Below, piece after piece: positions 47,277-59,782 of a stretch of 64,000 nt of DNA. Position 1 is the first letter of the stretch. Each line of letters begins with the position of its first letter. Under the pieces are notes generated by a model. It saw nothing but the letters and a program-made list of their open reading frames with translations, did no database searches and was not told the origin of the DNA. The stretch is taken from contig NW_021835468.1 in the NCBI RefSeq assembly GCF_006345805.1, positions 1 to 64,000 on the forward strand, in the 5' to 3' direction. The stretch is from Octopus sinensis. Lineage: Eukaryota. The position numbers were made by a program, and so were the translations under genes.

Positions 47277-47652
47277 TACTCTTTTACTTGTTTCAGTCAT
47301 TTGACTGCGGCCATGCTGGAGCACCGCCTTTAGTCGAGCGAATCGATCCCGGGACTTATTCTTTGTAAGCCCAGTACTTATTCTATCGGTCTCTTTTGCC
47401 GAACCGCTAAGTAACGGGGACGTAAACACACCAGCATCGGTTGTCAAGCAATGCGAGGGGAACAAACACAGACACACAAACACACACATATATATATACA
47501 TATATACGACGGGTTTCTTTCAGTTTCCGTCTACCAAATCCACTCACAAGGCATTGGTCGGCCCGGGGCTATAGTAGAAGACACTTGCCCAAGGTGCCAC
47601 GCAGTGGGACTGAACCCCGAACCATGTGGTTGGTTAGCAAGCTACTTGCGCC
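47277..47652 (-). mobile_element. SINE family A, nearly full length
   Basis: Family match. Confidence 0.92.
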
Positions 47653-47749
47653 TATGTATGTGTATTTTGATTTAATTTTTTTTTTGTTTTTTTGTTTTTC
47701 AGCATCAATCTCTAATCAAAACTAAATTAGCCTTAAATAAGCTGCAAAC

Positions 47750-48300
47750 GAGAAACAGATACTTTTCTTTCCGTTTGCCTCTTTACAATTTATCCGTCGA
47801 AGAGAAAACGGCGGAGACGAAACAGTTCGTTTACGTTAACATATCTCGTTACACAAAACAACAGCCAGTAATTTAAAACAAAAAGTGTTTCTCTTACAAT
47901 GTCTATATTTTATTACTACAACAAAACCGACAACAAAACTCGAAGTCTCAGGGGTCTTTCAACAGGAAGAATACGCCATCTTTATTTCGACTTTCTTTTG
48001 ATGGCGACGACGTCGAGGGCGGACTTGCTTTATTTGTATATTTAAATACAATCTGTTTAGCTTAGCAAGATCAACAGTGACGATGAACACAATATATAAA
48101 CATTATATTGATTGCTATTTGAAGTGTAACACCCTGTCATTGCTTCTAGTTTACCGTCGACGCCATTACGACGCTGTTCCTCTGATATTTCGTATCACCA
48201 TTCTACATAAACATCGCATGCTGCTCTCAGTGTGTGTCGGTGTTGTTAGTTGATACAGGGGATTTTAGTTAGAGTCTTTCTTTAGTTCTTTTATTATTTC
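47750..48300. promoter_or_regulatory. CpG-enriched unique region, candidate promoter
   Basis: Many CpGs; CGCCATCTT (YY1-type) at 47974, GGGCGG near 48017, CAGGAAG at 47963. Confidence 0.45.
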
Positions 48301-48518
48301 ACTTTATGTTATCTTATTTATATCGTATTTTTCTTTCTTTTTTTTTCTCTGTAGTATAAAAATCAAAAGAAACTTTTATCTTCTGCCCCTCTTTTACTCC
48401 AACAAACCTTTTTTCTTCCTCTCTCGACAAAAGAAGGAAAAGAATAACATGGCTTCACTTTCTAGATCAATTCCTTTCTATAAATATTCTCCTTAATCCA
48501 TCATCTTCTCTCTACTAT

Positions 48519-48556
<38 letters not shown>

Positions 48557-48557
48557 A

Positions 48558-48595
48558 CTGTCTGATGAACGGCAACGAGAAACTCGGAGTAACAG
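48558..48595 (+). ncRNA. Second copy of the minimal hammerhead motif (Penelope-like remnant 48557-48630)
   Basis: CTGT-CTGATGA-A CG GCAA CG A-GAAA-CTC G GA-GTA-ACAG. Confidence 0.6.
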
Positions 48596-48754
48596 ATTTT
48601 GTTGAATTTTCTGCCGCTTTAAATAAAGTATATATATATATATTTTATGTACACACACATTAAAATACACGCACACATTTAAAGGTATATACAAGCATAT
48701 ACACACGTACATACACGTTTTACATGTATAAATAAATAAGTATATATATATTTA

Positions 48755-48798
<44 letters not shown>

Positions 48799-48819
48799 AA
48801 TTATATATACCATTTACTT

Positions 48820-49175
48820 TTATCCGTTTCAGTTGTTAGACTACGGCCATGCTGGGGCACAGCCTTGAAGAACATCTTTTTTGAAGCCTGGTACTTATTC
48901 TATCGGGTCCTTTGCTGAACCGCTAAGTTATGGCAACGTAAACACGCCAACACCGGTTGTCAAGCAACGGCGGGCGCCAAACACAAAGCCACACACACAT
49001 ACAAACAGACACAAACGCACAGAAATGTATACCACGGGCTTCTTTTCGGTTTCCGTCTAATCTACTCACAAGGCTTTGGTCGGCCCGGGGCTATGGTAGA
49101 AGACACTTGACCAAGGTGTCACGCAGTGGGAGCGAACCCAAAACCATGTGGTTGGGAAGCAAACTTTTTACCACA
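48820..49175 (-). mobile_element. SINE family A, diverged
   Basis: Family match. Confidence 0.8.
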
Positions 49176-49194
49176 CATACATACGTATGTGTGT

Positions 49195-49515
49195 GAAGAT
49201 GCATGGCTCAATGGTTAGAACGTCAGGCTCACAATCACAAGGTAGTAAGTTCGATTCCCAGACCGGGCTGTGTGTTGTATTCTTTGAGCAAGACACTTTA
49301 TTTCACGTTGCTCCAGTTCACTCAGCTGTAGAAATGAGTTGTGACGTCACTGGTGCCAAGCTGTATCGGCCCCTTTGCCTTTCCCTTGGGTAACATCGTG
49401 GCATGGAAAGGAGAGGATGCATGGACGACTGCTGGTCTTCTATAAACAACCTTGCCCGGACTTGGGACTTCTAGGTGCAACCCTATGATCATTCATGACT
49501 CAAGGGGGTCTTTAC
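49195..49515 (+). mobile_element. SINE family E (CORE-like)
   Basis: Reverse complement of 15960-16295. Confidence 0.82.
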
Positions 49516-50763
49516 CCTTTTTCATATACATACATGTATGTATATGCGTGTAGGTATGTATAATATTCAACCCAGTCAAACACGGCACATGAACATTAAA
49601 TGATAACGAATGCACACACACACACACACACACAGACATTTGTGTGCGTGTGCAAATATCCTTTGTTGGTGTACATTTGCAAGGAAACCAAAAGGTCAGC
49701 ACTCAAGTCCCTTGAGATATTTGTTCCCAAGCAAGTTATAAACACTCCCTTGTCCGTCCTTGTTACCAGAGTTACAAGCCAGTGATTGGTCCTCAGGAAA
49801 TCCTGTTCCCCGATTGCAACATGAAAATAAATAAATTACATAAAAACAAGCTAAAAAATCTAATATCACCTTCCATTCTCCCGCCTCCTTGTGGAATAAC
49901 GAAGTCGTGTCAATTAAAAGAACCATCTTTAACAATTAATATATCTTTATCGTCCATGTTTCTATCGACATAAACGTTCGTTCGTTTATTTTTCATGTTT
50001 GAACTTTTAAAAAATCTTCACAATCGTTATCTTGTTGAAACAAAACCATTTAACGTTATCGTCTACATCAGATACCAGCACACAAACACCTGATGGCTAA
50101 GTCTATCTTGTCAACAAGCAGTTTTCTCCATCGACTGGCGCCTGCTTCTCTGCTGTTTCCAAAACACGACTTGCTTGAAATTGCTTTATTTCGTTACAGA
50201 CGTTTGTTCGTTTTAATTTTTTTTTTTTTTTAAATATCTTTCATTTGAAGAGAAGGTTGACATGATAGTTTTTGATCAATATTAAAGTCTGGTTCTATCA
50301 TGATAAAGAAGGTTAATTGATTGGTCACCAGACTATGGCCGGCTTACTTCAGTAACAACACATAGCAACTTGTACAATCATCACCATCATTGTCGTCATC
50401 GTTATTTTAACGTCCACTTTTCCATGCTTGCATGCGTCGGAAAGAATTCGCCGAGAGAAATTTTTCTGTGGCCGGACGCCCTTCCTGCCACCAACCCTCG
50501 CCTGTTTCCCCATGCTAAGGCACCGAGCTGGCAGAATCATTCCCACACTGCGAAAAAATGCTTAGCAGCATTTCGTCCGTCTTCACGATCTGAGTTCAAA
50601 TTCTGTCGAGTTCGACTTTGCTTTTGGAGCTGATAAAATAAGTACCAGTTGAATACTGGGGATCAATGTAATCGACTTACCCTCCCCCACTCGTAATTGC
50701 TTGCCTTGTGCCAAAATTATTATTATTATTATTACTATTATTATTATCATCATCATTATTATT

Positions 50764-51144
50764 CTGTTGTGTCTGGGGAGTCATTCTCTTTAGTGCCTTA
50801 TAATATAACACACTCACCGGTAAAATTTCCACTTATTTCTTATTTTTATTTTCCTAAAATTTTCGTTGCATCTTGCAACCTAGTCAATAGTTTTGACTCT
50901 TGGAAACAGCAGAGAAGCAGCCGCCAGTCGATGGAGAAGACCGTTTGTTGACAAGATAGACTTAGGTGTTTGTGTGCTGGTATCTGATGTAGGCGATAAC
51001 GTTAATAGTCAAGACTATTGAAAAGGTTGCAAGACGCAACGAAAATTTTAGGAAAATAAAAATAAGAAATAAGTGGAAATTTTACCGGTGAGTGTGTTAA
51101 ATTATAAGGCACTAAAAGAAAATGCGTCTCCCCAGACACAACAG
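50764..51144. mobile_element. Foldback MITE (~125-bp TIRs) with an inverted host-sequence insert at its centre
   Basis: CTGTTGTGTCTGGGGAG...CTCCCCAGACACAACAG|TA; centre 50900-51004 is the reverse complement of 50051-50162. Confidence 0.85.
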
Positions 51145-51204
51145 TATATGCTTCAATACACGAACTCATATAAAGAATCTTGCAAACCAAATCATTATCA
51201 TTAT

Positions 51205-51760
51205 TATTGAGTGAGAGAGCAGTTCATGCCATCAAAGTGACACTGGGGTAAAATATACGAAGCCCAATATACCCAACATGACTACCCGTCTGATAAGGGT
51301 ACACCAGGCACATGCATCACAACCATATGTGCGCGACATGGTGATCTCATAAAAAGATAAACAGCACATGACCTTGCAGGTGGGGCCCAGTTAGAATTTT
51401 CTTCAGGTTGAGTAGCTCATCCCACTCAAAAGGTCCCTGAATAAGGGTTGTTTAAGGATGTTGAAAGAACCACCCATGTTTCCAGAGGTGAATTATTCAA
51501 ACCCCAAAGAATCCCTCTCAACACATGGCTATGATGCTCCCCCACTACTTCTGCTCGTGATCAGAGATGCACATATCGTCAGCCACTAAGGGGCATGCTC
51601 AACTGGTTAAGGTCAAGCAACTGACAAGCAAATCTATGGTATTGAGCAGAATATTTGCTGTAGCCCATCTTTTATACCAAGACAAAACAATGTACATGAT
51701 AACACTTGCAATCAGTTAAGATCAGAAGCCATGAGAGCCACTACCTAGTACTGCATCATT
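51205..51760 (-). mobile_element. Unclassified ~550-bp repeat, mate of 39765
   Basis: Collinear reverse complement. Confidence 0.82.
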
Positions 51761-52309
51761 ATTATTATTATTATTTCACGGTCGATAAAATAAGTACCAG
51801 TTGAGCACCGGGTTCAATGTAATTGACTTATCCCTCCTCGGAACTTGCTGGCCTCGTGCCAAAATTTGAAACCACCACCACCATCAAGGTAGCGAACTGG
51901 TAGAGTTGTTTGCACACAGGGCAAAATGCTAAATCTGTTGTTCTTTTGCTTGTTTCTGTCATTTGACTGCGGCCATGCTGGAGCACTGCCTTTTAGTCGA
52001 AGAAACCGACTCTGGGACTTATTCTTTTGTAAGCCTGGTACTTATAGTCTGTCGGTCCCTTTGCCAAACCGCTAAGTTACGAGGACGTAAACACACCAAC
52101 ATGGCGGGTGTGATACTGCTTGAATGACAGTGGCACTCGTTTACGACTATGATGCAACATCAGGAGGAGGAGGAGGAGGAGACAAACAAATCACACACAC
52201 ATACACACAGATATATATATACACACATACACACATTTGAAAAGAGACTTGGAGATGTGGCGATTTGCTGTACTTGATAAGACACGGCAAGCAAAGATCA
52301 GTTTTCCAC

Positions 52310-52720
52310 ACATCACCACCACAATGCCACCACCACCATCACCATCACCAACATCACCACCACCATCACACCACCACCATCACCACCACACCACCACCAT
52401 CACCACTGCCATACCATCACAACCACCACACCACCACCACCATCACCAACATCACCACCACCACACCACCACCACCACCATCACCAACACCACCGCCACC
52501 ATCACACCACCACCACCACCATCACCAACACCGCCACCACCACCATCACCACCACCACCACCACCGCCACCACCATCACCAACACCACCACCACCATCCT
52601 CATCGTCATCATTATCACCATCATGACGAATATGAAGATGGTGGTAGAGGTAGCGGTGGTTGCGATGGTGGAGATGATAGTGATGGTGGTAATGATGAAG
52701 ATGGTGGTGACACTGACAGT
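52310..52720. repeat. (CAC/CCA)n then (GGT/GAT)n microsatellites
   Basis: Direct inspection. Confidence 0.93.
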
Positions 52721-52999
52721 GACTCATATTAAAGGGGTACGTACCACTGAACTGATGGTTGTCATGTACCAAGTGTGTCCCTGGACCAGAGGTCATCAAC
52801 CGAGAGGTCAATCCCACCCATTCCATTATCTACCCCCCATCATCCACCCCCTCGACTTCATATATTATTTGGTGTCTGTTGTTGTTTACCGAAAATGCTG
52901 TCTCTGTTACGATGGGGTGGGCATGGTTGGAACACATTCACCTTACTATTCCTTAACTCCACACCTCTCAACCACACATCCTCACCATTTTCCCACTCC

Positions 53000-54295
53000 C
53001 TCCCTCTCTCTCTCTCTCTCTCCATTCCTTTCTCTGTCTTTTGCTGTCTCTCTCTTCCTCTCTGTCTCACTTTCTCTTCCTCCTCTTTCCATCTCTCTCT
53101 CTCTGTTTCTCTCTCTTTATCTCTGTCTCTCTCTTCCTCTCTCTGTGTCTCTATCTGTCACTTTGTGTTTCTCTCTTCCTCTTCCTCTCTCCCAGTCTCT
53201 CTCTCTTCATCTTCCTCTTTCCATCTCTCTCTCTATCTCTGTGTCTCTTCTTCTCTATCTCTCTCTCTCCCTATCTTTCTCTTCTCTGTCTCTCTCTCTC
53301 TTCTTCTATATCTCTCTCTGTCCCTATCTTTCTCTTCTCTGTCTGTCTGTCTCTCTCTCTCTATCTCTGTGTCTCTTTTTCTCTATCTCTCTCTCTCCCT
53401 ATCTTTCTCTTCTCTGTCTGTCTCTCTCTATCTCTCTTCTTCTCTGTCTCTCTCTCTCCCTATCTTTCTCTTCTCTGTCTGTCTGTCTCTCTCTCTCTAT
53501 CTCTGTGTCTCTTCTTCTCTATCTCTCTCTCTCCCTATCTTTCTCTTCTCTGTCCTCTCTCCTCTCTCGTCTCTGTCTCTCCTCTCTCTGTCTCTTCTTC
53601 TCTATCTCTCTCTCTCTCTCCCTATCTTTCTCTTCTCTGTCTCTCTCCTCTCTTCCTCTCTCTCTGCCTCTCTCTTCCTCTCTCTCCTCCCCTCCCCCCC
53701 CTCTACTCTCTCTCCCTATCTTTCTCTTCTCTGTCTCTCTCTCCTCTCTCTCCCTATCTCTGTCTCTCCTCCTCTCTCTCTCTCCTCCCTATCTTTCTCT
53801 TCTCTGTCTTCCGTCCTCTCTCCCCCCCTCTCCTCTCTGTCTCTCTTCTCTGTCTCTCTCTCTGTCCTCTCTCTCTCTTCTTCTTCTCTCTCCTCTCTCT
53901 CTCCCTATCTTTCTCTTCTCTGTCTCCTCTCTCTCTCTCCCTATCTGTCTCTCTCTGTCCTCTCTCTCCCTCTCTTTATTCTCCTCCTATCTTTCTCTCT
54001 CTCTCTTCTGTCTCTCTCTCCTCTCTCTGTCTCTTCTCTCTGTCTTCTCCTCTCTCTCTCTCTGTCTCTCTCTCTGTCTCTCTCTCCTGTCCTCTCTTCT
54101 CTAATCTCTCTCTCTCCCTATCTTTCTCTTCTCTGTCTCTCTTCTCTCTCTCTCTCCCTATCTTTCTCTTACCTGTCTCTCTCTCTCTCCCTATCTTTCT
54201 CTTCTCTGTCTCTCTCTCTCTCTCCCTATTCTCTGTCTCTCTCTCTCTCTCCCTATCTTTCTCTTCTCTGTCTCTCTCTCTCTCTCTCTTCCCTT
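53000..54295. repeat. 1.3-kb CT-rich satellite with recurring CCCTATCTTTCTCTTCTCTGTC
   Basis: Direct inspection; source of the 490-570 aa Ser/Leu ORFs. Confidence 0.95.
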
Positions 54296-54592
54296 TCCAC
54301 CCACAACTTCCTCCATCACTCCTCAACATTGTGTCTAAAATTAAAATGTGGCAGCAATTGTTTATTGTTTTTCTGGAAACAGGACAAGATGCTGGAAGAA
54401 CAGATGGAAAAAAAACCCCGTTCACACGTGATGATGCCATCTTCACATCACAGCCTATTAAATGCAAACAAATAACAAAAAACTCTGCTTTTAACTTTAA
54501 AAATAGACTTAAATACACTCAACATGAGATTAATAGGAGGTGGTTGACATTGAAGCAGTTTCCAGCATATATATATATAGAAATGGTATAAA

Positions 54593-54625
<33 letters not shown>

Positions 54626-54887
54626 CATACAAAAAGTCGACCTCGGCAGAATTTGAACTCAGAACGTAAAGGCAGACGTAATATGAATAAGCATTTCGCC
54701 CGGCGTGCTAACGTTTCTGCCATCTCACCACACAGCCACACCTGTGTCTGTAAATTTTCACTTCGATTTTTGTATAAACTGGCATTGCAAGTAGGTACAG
54801 AAACAATTGTTATGAACCATTAAAGATACGCGAAAAAATTTCTTTGTCTCCTTGTTATTTGGATGATATATCAATATATATATATTA

Positions 54888-55180
54888 TCATCATCATCAT
54901 CGTTTAACGTCTTTTTCCGTGCTAGCATGGGTTGGACGGTTCGACCGGGTCTGGGAACAGGAGGATGCAACCAGCTCCAGTCTGATCTGGCAGTGTTTCT
55001 ACAGCTGGATGCCCTTCCTAACGCCAACCACTCCATGAGTGTAGTGGGTGCTTTTTATGTGCCAGGGGAGGCTGGCAGTGGCCACGATCAGTTGGTGTTT
55101 TTTACGTTCCACCGGCACAGAAGCCAGTCAAGGCAGCGCTGGCATCAGCCACATTCGGATGGTGCTTTTTACGTGCCACT
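54888..55180 (-). mobile_element. RTE 3' tail
   Basis: Family match. Confidence 0.88.
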
Positions 55181-55665
55181 GGATATATATATATATATCA
55201 TTATCATCATTTAACATATATACATACATGCAACCCCCCCCCCATATTAATCGATGTATAAAATATTATATATCCATTACGGCTGATCTTACCAATTGGT
55301 TTCACACTAGGGGTTCAATGGAATGTAAAGTAACAGTCCGATTATGTTACCTTGTATTCATCAGAGGTAGCTAAAGGTGAGGGCTGGAGATGCTCAATGT
55401 AGAAAATACATAGTGGTATTCAAGTAATTTGAACTTAACTCCCACTTCTTTATTGAGGATTAGGTCCATGAGACAAGCGTGACTATAAAGAGAAATCCAG
55501 AGGAGTTGAAATGAAGATAATGATGGAGATAAACAAGATTAAATATAGATGAAACTTAGTCATGTTTATCTGCATCACTATCTCTATACACACGTTGTAT
55601 AATATAATATATATATATTATATATATATTATATATATATATATAATATATATATATATTATATA

Positions 55666-56013
55666 TGAAAAAACAAGTAAAAAATAGAAAATGCTAAAAT
55701 AATTTTATAGTGAACATTCAGTACTGGTTTCGGTCATTTTGAGACCTTTTCAACTGTAACGGTTAAAATAATTAAATTTAGACAAAACTACTATCGAACA
55801 CAAAGTGCAAACAAGGGAGTCAGAGAAAGGCAAATGCCACTTATATCTGAACACTACTATAGAAATATTCCTTTAAAAAAACTTTTCTTCTAATTTTTCT
55901 AAATTTAATTATTTAATCGTTACAGTTGAAAAGGTCTCAAAATGACCGAACCGGTACTGAAATGTTCACTATAAAATTATTTTAGCATTTTCTATTTTTT
56001 ACTTGTTTTTTCA
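55666..56013. mobile_element. Inverted pair (~117-bp arms) of Penelope-like termini, each with a hammerhead motif
   Basis: 55666-55782 and 55898-56013 are reverse complements, inserted in (TA)n. Confidence 0.65.
55918..55959 (+). ncRNA. Hammerhead motif with U3-A8 core variant (mirror copy on the minus strand at 55718-55760)
   Basis: CAG-TTGAAAA-GGTC TCAAAAT GACC-GAA(A)C-C(G/A)-GTA-CTG. Confidence 0.55.
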
Positions 56014-56075
56014 TATATATCAACTCGTGTGTTCCTTTTCACCCTTATACATATATATATATATATATATATAAA

Positions 56076-56482
56076 GGCGTAAGAGTGGCTGTGTGGTAAG
56101 TAGCTTGCTTACCAACTATATGGTTCCAGGTTCAGTCCCACTGCGTGGCATCTTGGGCAGGTGTCTTCTGCTATAGCCCCGGGCCGACCAATGCCTTGTG
56201 AGTGGATTTGGCAGACGGAAACTGAAAGAAGCCTGTCGTATATATGTATATATATATGTGTGTGCGTGTATGTTTGTGTGTCTGTATTTGTCCCCTAGCA
56301 TTGCTTGACAACCGATGCTGGTGTGTTTACGTCCCCGTCACTTAGTGGTTCGGCAAAAAGAGACCGATAGAATAAGTACTGGGCTTACAAAGAATAAGTC
56401 CTGGGGTCGATTTGCTCGACTAAAAGGCGGTGCTCCAGCATGGCCGCAGTCAAATGACTGAAACAAGTAAAAGAGTAAAAGA
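56076..56482 (+). mobile_element. SINE family A, full length
   Basis: Family match. Confidence 0.92.
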
Positions 56483-56483
56483 G

Positions 56484-56547
<64 letters not shown>

Positions 56548-57281
56548 ATATATTATGCGTCATTATTTTTCTAAATTCGGTGTGTGGTGAGGCAAATCGT
56601 TGCTAAACCCTTAATTACTTAGTATATGCGCATATACATACACACATGAGCACATGAGTGTGTGTTTGTGTATGTGTGTGCTTGTTCCTTGTAAATATAA
56701 CATTGACGATGAAGCCATAAATGGTACGATATAGCCATCTTAATAACCGATAACGAGAAAAACTCACAGAAGCAAATTAGTATTTAAATACAGGGGGTGT
56801 GGGGTGGTGGAGCTGGTGGTGGTGGTGGTGTGTGTGTAGGGAACAACAGGTTTGAATGAACGGCCAAAATTAATTCTATTTCAACAATCAAATGTTTAGC
56901 CAGCACCTTATCACCCCCCACTGTTCCGACCCCCATCGCCCTGCCCCTCCCCACCAACCTCCCCGACACAGAGAGATCAAACCTCGACATTTCCCCCCCC
57001 CCGACATAAACTATTGAATCAAAGAGACCTGATCAAAGAATTCGGTTCGAGTTGATTGAAAGGCCATTAGTCAATGGTAATTTTGTTTTCTTTCCCCCCC
57101 CCCCGGAATAGGAAAAAACCTGAAAGAAAAGAAAAAAAAAAATCAACCAAATTTTGGTCAGCACCGCTGCCATCACTGCTGCTGCTGCTGCTGTGGTTGC
57201 TGTTGTTGTTGTTTGATGAAATAAAAATACAAGACTTTATATTCAGATTAGTGCTTAATGGTAATTTGGAACTAGAGGTTC

Positions 57282-57284
<3 letters not shown>

Positions 57285-57314
<30 letters not shown>

Positions 57315-57580
57315 GTTTAACGTCCGTTTTCCGCACTAGCACGGGTTGGACAGTTCGACCGGGGTCTGGGTAGCCAGGGGCTGCTCCAGGCTCCAGTCTG
57401 ATCTGGCAGTGTTTCTACAGCTGGATGCCCTTCCTAATGCCAACCACTCCGCGAGTGTAGTGGGTGCTTTTTACGTGCCACCTAGACAGGTGCCAGAGGG
57501 GTCTGGCATCGGCCACGATCGGTTGGTGCTTTTTATGTGCCACCGGCACAGAAGCCAGTCGGGGCGGTGCTGGCATCTTG
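57285..57580 (-). mobile_element. RTE 3' tail
   Basis: Family match. Confidence 0.88.
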
Positions 57581-57989
57581 TTTTTACATAAACGGTATTT
57601 CTTTAAATTACCATCGTCATCATCATCATCACCATGATCATCATCATCATCTCCATCACTGTCATCATCATTTAACATCTGCTTTCCATGCTGGCATGAG
57701 TTGGATGGTTTGACGAGGAACTGGAGAGCTGTAAGGGCTGTGTTGAGCTCTGATGTCATCCTTGGCAAGATCCTAGGGCTGGACGACACCCTACCTAAAG
57801 CCAACCACTTTGCAGAGTATACTGGGTGCATTTTATGTGGCACCAGCTCTAGTGAGGTTACCATGTGACTAGTGAGACCAAAAAGAACAGAGAAGGAAAA
57901 GGGATAAAGCTCCCACCTCTCAGAGAAAGTATTTGAGAGAAGAAGGCAGAGGTGAGAGATGTATGGCAGGGGCTTGCTTTGCTTGATGG

Positions 57990-58215
57990 GGCTGAGGTCA
58001 TCCCATGTTAGTGGCCCCAGAGATGTCATCATGTGTAGAGCCAACCTGGCACATCACTGCTCCTCATTGCTGGCTGTCCCATACCAGCTCTTCTGCATCC
58101 TTCAAGGTGTCATGAAGCCTCTGGAAATTTTCTTTAATTGTGTCCAACCATCTGGTTGTGGGGCCAGCCATGGGGCCTTTTCTAGCCAGCAGCTGTAACA
58201 CTGAATGAGAGTAAG
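57990..58215 (-). mobile_element. Decayed BovB-like RTE C-terminal fragment
   Basis: GPTTRWLDTIKENFQRLHDTLKDAEELVWD resembles the BovB-type GRP..RWLD.I C-terminus. Confidence 0.55.
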
Positions 58216-58255
58216 GCCCCGGTGGAATGATCTGGCGGGATATATATATATATCT

Positions 58256-59465
58256 CATCATCATCATCATCACCGTCGTTTAACATCCGTTTTCCATGCT
58301 AGTATGGGTTGGACAGTTCATCCGGGGTCTGGGAAGCCAGGAGGCTGCACCAGGCTCCAGTCTGATCTGGCAGTGTTTCTACAGCTGGATACCCTTCCTA
58401 ACGCCAACCACTCAGTGAGTGTAGTGGGTGCTTTTTATGTGCCACCGGCACTGGTGCCAGGGGAGGCTGGCAGCAGCCATGATCGGTTGGTGGATTTTAC
58501 GTGCCACCGGCACAGAAGCCAGTCAAGGCTGTGCTGGCATCGGTCACGTTTGGATGGTGCTTTTTACATGCCGCCAGCACAGGTATCGTAACTACAATTT
58601 CCATTTGATATTTATTTTGATGTTGATGTACTTGACTCAATAGGTCTCCTCAAGCACAGCAGGTCACCCTATGATCCAAGGTAAGCTCAGCAGGTCGTTC
58701 TGCAATCCAAGGTAGTTTGGATGGGCTGGGGCTATTCGAAACTGGTGCAGGAAGCAGCCCGGGTCTTTGCAGTCACAGCATATCTCCAGAGATCTTGGTC
58801 TTTCGTCATTGCATCTGTGAGGCCCAACGTTTGAAGGTTATGCTTGACTACCACATCCCATGTCTTCCTGGGTCTACCTCTCCCCCTGATACCTTCAACT
58901 GTTTGGGAGTGGCACTTCTTCACACATCTCTCCTCATCCATCCACAGTACATGACCATACCATCGCAAGCGTCTCTCTTGCACACCACATCTGATGCTTC
59001 TTATGTCCAGCATTTCTCTCAGGGTGCTTACACTGTCGTGTGTGCACACTGACATTACACATCCAGTGGATCATGTTAGCTTCATTTCTTTCAAGTCTAC
59101 GCATGTCCTCTGCAGTCACAGCCCATATTTCACTACCGTGAAGCATGGCAGTTCGCACACATGCATCATACAATCTACCTTTCACTTTGAGCGAGAGACC
59201 CTTTGTCGCCAGTAGGGGTAGGAACTTTCTGAACTTTGCCCAGGCTATTCGTATTCTAGTAGTGACACTCTCTGAGCATCCACCTCCACTACTAACTTGG
59301 TCACCTAGGTAGCGGAAACTATCAACTACTTCTAGTTTCTCCCCCTGGAGTGTGATGGAATCTGTTTTCTGAGTATCTGTGGTGTCTATTGCCCCTGTGC
59401 ATCTGCCGCACATGAAAGCTATCTTATCAGTTAGTTTTCCTTTGATGTTTCTGCGTGGCCACAAA
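58256..59465 (-). mobile_element. RTE LINE, 5'-truncated, ORF2 C-terminal part plus 3' UTR
   Basis: VVDSFRYLGDQVSSGGG...AMLHGSEIW...GIRGRGRPRKTW; (GAT)n tail at about 58256. Confidence 0.95.
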
Positions 59466-59522
59466 GTCATGCACCATGGGAGATATCAAGTATGCTTTAT
59501 TAGCAATGAAGTAGGCAATCCA

Positions 59523-59740
59523 TTACAAATGTTCAAAGTGTTGGCCATGTGGCTCTAAACAAGTGTTTATAGGGAATTTGAAATTGCGATGAAACCTCTA
59601 AAATAGCTCTTCATTGCTGTTGACTTGTTCACACGCTTCAACAATTCTTTGAAGAAGATGTCCTTGGTCACCAATCTTTTCAGAATACACAAGGGATTTA
59701 ATGTAGCCCCAGAAGAAAATTCCATAGGAGCTAAATATGT
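59523..59740 (-). mobile_element. Tc1/mariner-superfamily transposase C-terminal remnant
   Basis: FFWGYIKSLVYSEK...LLQRIVEAC...F*RFHRNFKFPINTCLEPHGQHFEHL* fits the FFLWGYLK..VY...GGHFEHL ending. Confidence 0.75.
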
Positions 59741-59782
59741 AATGGCCATTATTTATACCTTGTCTTATAAATATATATAAAT

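Noticed and set aside
52787-52812. Two AGGTCA nuclear-receptor half-sites
   Set aside because: A 9-nt spacer is not a canonical DR spacing; isolated
52623-54591. 493-566 aa ORFs
   Set aside because: Ser/Leu-only translations of the CT satellite
56700-56735. GATGAAGCCATAAATGGT, a possible further hammerhead remnant
   Set aside because: Core start, GAAA, helix I and helix III not recoverable
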